Positions 16,136 through 20,000 of a DNA stretch of 20,000 nucleotides are shown here, piece after piece. Made by a program: the position numbers and the translations under genes. The notes under the pieces were generated by a model. The model saw only the letters and a list, made by a program, of their open reading frames with translations, was not told the DNA's origin and did not search any database. Location of the stretch: positions 2,214,777-2,234,776 of the forward strand of contig BCGN01000002.1 of NCBI GenBank assembly GCA_001599295.1. The letters run 5' to 3'. The stretch is from Sporopachydermia quercuum. Taxonomy: Eukaryota. Numbering within the stretch: position 1 is the first letter of the stretch; each line of letters opens with the position of its first letter.

Positions 16136-19100
16136 CTAATCGTCATCGGAAAGCGTAAGATCAATAACTTCTGCATAGACCCTTTTAGTTCCGGCATTAC
16201 CAGTATTAATTCCTGTATTTGTTCCGCTATCGTTTCCTTCATTAGAACTATTTCGAGAGACTGAAATTCCACCTTGAGACGATCTGTTTGGGCGAGTATA
16301 TCCTTGCCGACGGAATCTCGGGAATATTGGCGGAGAATCATCTGAAGAACCGCTATTAATACCGTCATTATCTCTAGAATCAGCTCCGAAAGAACTTCTA
16401 TTGTTGGAGTTGAGATTACTGAAGAACTCGTTATACTTGTTATTGCTTGCAGGGCTGCTGTTAGTGGTTGGTGTGTTGTCCGACAGCTTGAAGAGTCCTG
16501 TGCGTGGAAAGGGCATATTGGATGCACGAGATGTGTTTATCGAGTCTTGGGAACTCTCCAAGTAGTTAAAATTTGTTGCCCTACTAGGTGGGTCCCTCCT
16601 AGCTACCATGTTAATATTGTCAGTATCAATTGCTGTGATAGGTGTCCGACCAGTAGTTGTTCTATTGGCGATGGGGTTTGTTCTATTAGGAGGAGTGGAA
16701 GCTTGATCGTTGTGAGAGGAGTTTAAGTGGTTCGAAGAGTTCGAGGGGTTAGAAGAGATTTCAAAAGAGTCACTCGGAGTGGAAGAAAATCTGGAAGGGG
16801 AAAAGGTGGGCACTGTTGTGGGAATTTTTCTTCTTAAAAGAGAGTTCTGTGACCAAGATGGGATCGAAGGAATGTCTGCAGGATTTACCGAGTTACTGCT
16901 CGTGCTTGACTGATTAGCTGACAAAGATTTTCCAGTAATTTCCGAAATGCTGCTTCCAGGAACAGATTCAGAACTGGAACCCCTTGTTACATTCCCGTTA
17001 TCATTCCCATTTTCTCCAATTGGAGAATTTCGTTTTGAACTTAGTTCTCGATCCCGATCCGAGTTTCCATCTACATCTTCAAACAGTTCCGAGTCCAGAT
17101 CGGCTAAACCATAATCATTGTCCGAGTTTGCTTCCTCTTGTGGCAAAACAGGAATAATTAATTCATGAATTGGTTCAGGAGCAGAAGCAATATTTGGGTC
17201 AGTTCCATAGTCAGTTTGGTGTGTAATTGTCACTGAGGTAACATTTCCGTTATGCGACGATGTATTCTGCTCCACAGTTTGCTTCAGGTTTTGGCTGGCA
17301 GAGGAAGTTTCCGGGTTTGCTGATGAGCCCCTGATTCTTCCGAGAAGAGACGAAAACCCAATTGTTTGTCCTTGCTGGTTGATATTGTTTTGTTGTGGTC
17401 TATTATGAGTTTCTACATGTTGGGCACCAGGGGTAGATTGTGTAGATACATCGGACGAATGAGATGCATATGCATGTGCATCATGAGAGGTACTACTCGC
17501 AGTATTGCTATGGTTGCTAGTGGTACTACTACTGCTGGGAAGTGCGATATCAGCAGTGTTAACAGTTGTAACATTGTTTCTGTCATTTCCGCTACTGGAA
17601 ACTACTCCTGGCGTAGCTTCTGTTCTAATAGTAGAAGTATTATCTGCTCCTGTTCCACTCCCAAACACCGCACCGCTTCCTGTACTTCCCACTGAGCCTA
17701 AATCTCTTCTTAATTTTGCTCGGGGATCGCCAGGGCCTATTCCCCTATACTGGCCTGTTCTTCTCGGAATGAATATTTGCGGTGTACGAGGTAAATGAGC
17801 TCTCGAAGAATGCGACGATAATGTATTTGCTGAGGAATTAGTTACTACTGTTGGGTTGTTGGATATCGACTGAGTCGACTGTGTTAACTGTGTTGCATGT
17901 GCTGGTCTCGGCACTGTACTGTTTGATGCTGTCGCAACAGGAACCCCATTCTGTTGTCTATATGATGCATTAGCAGTACTAGGACTACTAGAGGCTGTGG
18001 AAGCACTTTGGGCACTTGGAACGCTNTTTGGTGCTGTTATATTCTGGCCATAATTTATGTTACTATCGTTAAAACCAGACTGTCGAAGTGGGAAAAAATT
18101 ATCAAACGAGTTTGGAGTTGGAGAGGTCAAGGACAGATTTGTTGTAACTGATGCTGTTGCTGTGGGTGCTGCATTTGATCTAGCACTATCACTAGTTCCC
18201 AAGTCAAAAGCTGTGCTAGTAGTAGCTTCTATAACATTTGTTTCCCCGCTTTGAACTTCACCTTGCATTGTTACGCTAGTCTCTACTTCATCTTCATCGT
18301 CGCTGTCCAGAGACACGATTTCAATTGGCTGCGTGCTTTCCGATCGTCGTTTATGTACTCTTCCTGCTCCGACATCTAGATTAACCGAGTGCTCGAATTC
18401 AGATTTCATCGCAGGCATTTCCGGTGATGCTATTCCCGTTACTTCTTCCGTTTTGACCCGCCAGACTCCGGTCGGATCTATCTCTATTGCTTCGTCATCT
18501 TCTCCAGTATTAGATAGCACATGGGCCATGAAATCATCATAGCGTAAAGTGTTCAATGGAATATATTCCTGACAAATTGGGCATGTCCATGTAATTGCTT
18601 GCTGTTGCAACATCAAGAATGACAGCATGTCAAAACATTGCATATGTTTGCATTTGATAGATTTACAAGGATATTCAATTCGGCAGTATGACAATGGACA
18701 TTTTAATGAGATAACATCTGATGTGGCAACAATATCATCGTCCTCAGTCACCTTTTTATACCGTTCAAGAGTTGAATTCATATCAATATGTGGTTTAGCC
18801 AGTAAAGTATCCCGTAGTTGCTCTACAGTAACCACCTCTGCTAAGAAGACATTCATAAGGTACACCTTTTTAGAGAAGGCGTACACAATTTCTAAGTAAT
18901 TAGTTTGCGGGTGTCTTCGGGTGAACGACGTCAAGTTTGCTGGTTTGGCTGTTCCTGGCCGGTTCTTCAAACCTCTGAGATTATCTGGGATAACTTCAGA
19001 GTTTAGCCGAACTTCTATATGCTGAGGAAATTGAATTGGAACTGGGTTTTCCGGAGTAGAGATTTCACGGGTGGTGAAATCTCGGGACGTTAAAATGATT

Positions 19101-19645
19101 TTATACTTGTTTGGTTCACTTTTCAACAATGCAGAGTCTTCTTGGGATAGAACAAACTGTTTGGAAACCATGTTTCGTCCATCAAAACATATCACACAGT
19201 TTATGCTTCTATCTAGTAAAGGTTTTTTGAATATGTAAAAAGGATCTGCTCTGAACAGTTTTAGTTGAAGGTCAGAACTTGCAGCTGCATTCACATTATT
19301 TGATCCCGAGCCACTTGTATATTGATTATATCCAGACATTTGATTTTGCTGTTGATATTGTTGCTGCTGCCGTTGTTGGGCCGGTGGGGATTGTTGAGAA
19401 AGAGATGCCAACTGACCTCCATAACGTGAATTGGCTAACTCAGTACATTGATCTAAAATGGTCCGCAATGTACCAACCTCATTGTTTATCCGTAGTGAAT
19501 TTATGAAATCTTGCAGACGGTCCTGTAATACAGATTTACGCCCTGTTGTGTATAAACCATTGTCCCGTAACAAGATTTTCAGCTGTGGCACTGTGAGATT
19601 GGCGTTGATGATCCCTGATATCGTTTGGAATTCATCAATATTCAT
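16136..19645 (-). CDS. SIZ1: Siz/PIAS-family SUMO E3 ligase, 1169 aa
   Basis: SAP domain (LTVPQLKILLRDNGLYTTGRKSVLQDRL); PINIT domain (IQFPQHIEVRLN...NLRGLKNRPGTAKPANLT); SP-RING (CPLSYCRIEYPCKSIKCKHMQCFD...WTCPIC); SIM IEIVSLDSDDEDE; long S/T/N-rich tail ending VIDLTLSDDD. Cannot separate SIZ1 from NFI1/SIZ2 and is probably the single ancestral copy. Confidence 0.95.
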   Translation of the reverse strand: MNIDEFQTISGIINANLTVPQLKILLRDNGLYTTGRKSVLQDRLQDFINSLRINNEVGTLRTILDQCTELANSRYGGQLASLSQQSPPAQQRQQQQYQQQNQMSGYNQYTSGSGSNNVNAAASSDLQLKLFRADPFYIFKKPLLDRSINCVICFDGRNMVSKQFVLSQEDSALLKSEPNKYKIILTSRDFTTREISTPENPVPIQFPQHIEVRLNSEVIPDNLRGLKNRPGTAKPANLTSFTRRHPQTNYLEIVYAFSKKVYLMNVFLAEVVTVEQLRDTLLAKPHIDMNSTLERYKKVTEDDDIVATSDVISLKCPLSYCRIEYPCKSIKCKHMQCFDMLSFLMLQQQAITWTCPICQEYIPLNTLRYDDFMAHVLSNTGEDDEAIEIDPTGVWRVKTEEVTGIASPEMPAMKSEFEHSVNLDVGAGRVHKRRSESTQPIEIVSLDSDDEDEVETSVTMQGEVQSGETNVIEATTSTAFDLGTSDSARSNAAPTATASVTTNLSLTSPTPNSFDNFFPLRQSGFNDSNINYGQNITAPXSVPSAQSASTASSSPSTANASYRQQNGVPVATASNSTVPRPAHATQLTQSTQSISNNPTVVTNSSANTLSSHSSRAHLPRTPQIFIPRRTGQYRGIGPGDPRAKLRRDLGSVGSTGSGAVFGSGTGADNTSTIRTEATPGVVSSSGNDRNNVTTVNTADIALPSSSSTTSNHSNTASSTSHDAHAYASHSSDVSTQSTPGAQHVETHNRPQQNNINQQGQTIGFSSLLGRIRGSSANPETSSASQNLKQTVEQNTSSHNGNVTSVTITHQTDYGTDPNIASAPEPIHELIIPVLPQEEANSDNDYGLADLDSELFEDVDGNSDRDRELSSKRNSPIGENGNDNGNVTRGSSSESVPGSSISEITGKSLSANQSSTSSNSVNPADIPSIPSWSQNSLLRRKIPTTVPTFSPSRFSSTPSDSFEISSNPSNSSNHLNSSHNDQASTPPNRTNPIANRTTTGRTPITAIDTDNINMVARRDPPSRATNFNYLESSQDSINTSRASNMPFPRTGLFKLSDNTPTTNSSPASNNKYNEFFSNLNSNNRSSFGADSRDNDGINSGSSDDSPPIFPRFRRQGYTRPNRSSQGGISVSRNSSNEGNDSGTNTGINTGNAGTKRVYAEVIDLTLSDDD

Positions 19646-20000
19646 TTTAAGTGCGGGAAATCCTTCAGCATATGTACCATTCCTATATCTAATTTATCTG
19701 CTCAGCGCTCTATAGATCCATTCTCTAGTTGATAGTTTCGGTCTTGTATATGTTTGCCATGCAGATGGCTTATGGAAAGAAAGAAAAAAAAAGCAAAACT
19801 ACGCCCTTGATGCGTCGGAACAACTTCCAGGGCAATAAAAACTTTGCTGATGCTTACAAGGATGACAACAAGTCTGTTGATAGAATACTTGAGGATTAAA
19901 GGGTGGTAGGAAAAGTGGGAAAAAAGAGCCACAAGAAAATTTGATATGCTTGGTGGAATCGATTTTGTGTACTGAGATGTGAAGTGCTTACGAGAGGATG

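Noticed and set aside
205..19932. Many short antisense/overlapping ORFs in the track (e.g. 4518-4865, 13052-13501, 16108-16527, 17505-17798)
   Set aside because: Shadow ORFs of real genes or random AT-rich ORFs with no independent coding evidence.

Overview
AT-rich fungal DNA, most likely a Saccharomycotina yeast using the standard code (CTG sits at conserved Leu positions, e.g. MMT DLLSD and JmjC DWL). It has spliceosomal introns (GTAAGT/GTACGT ... CTAAC ... YAG). Six genes are present, in order: (1) the 3' end of an ECM5/KDM5-like JmjC gene (+) lacking the last Fe-binding His; (2) a mitochondrial CDF metal transporter MMT1/2 (+); (3) a 5-exon PBDC1/YPL225W (Chp1) gene (-) that the ORF track mostly misses; (4) a 2-exon FPY1/YMR178W-like CinA/MoCF-domain gene (+); (5) the eEF3-like ABCF ATPase NEW1 (-); (6) the SUMO E3 ligase SIZ1/PIAS (-). 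The first five genes match, in order and orientation, the interleaved S. cerevisiae blocks YMR176W-178W and YPL224C-226W. Most notable observations: the ECM5-like ORF stops just after a degenerate C5HC2 region and is followed by what look like decayed PLU-1 and PHD remnants; New1 starts with a PAM2-like motif before a Q/N/Y/G-rich region; four 10-bp-phased GTGGCTCA (Crz1-consensus) copies lie upstream of MMT. No tRNA, rRNA, mobile element or CRISPR array was found. All homology calls were made by eye; no searches were run.
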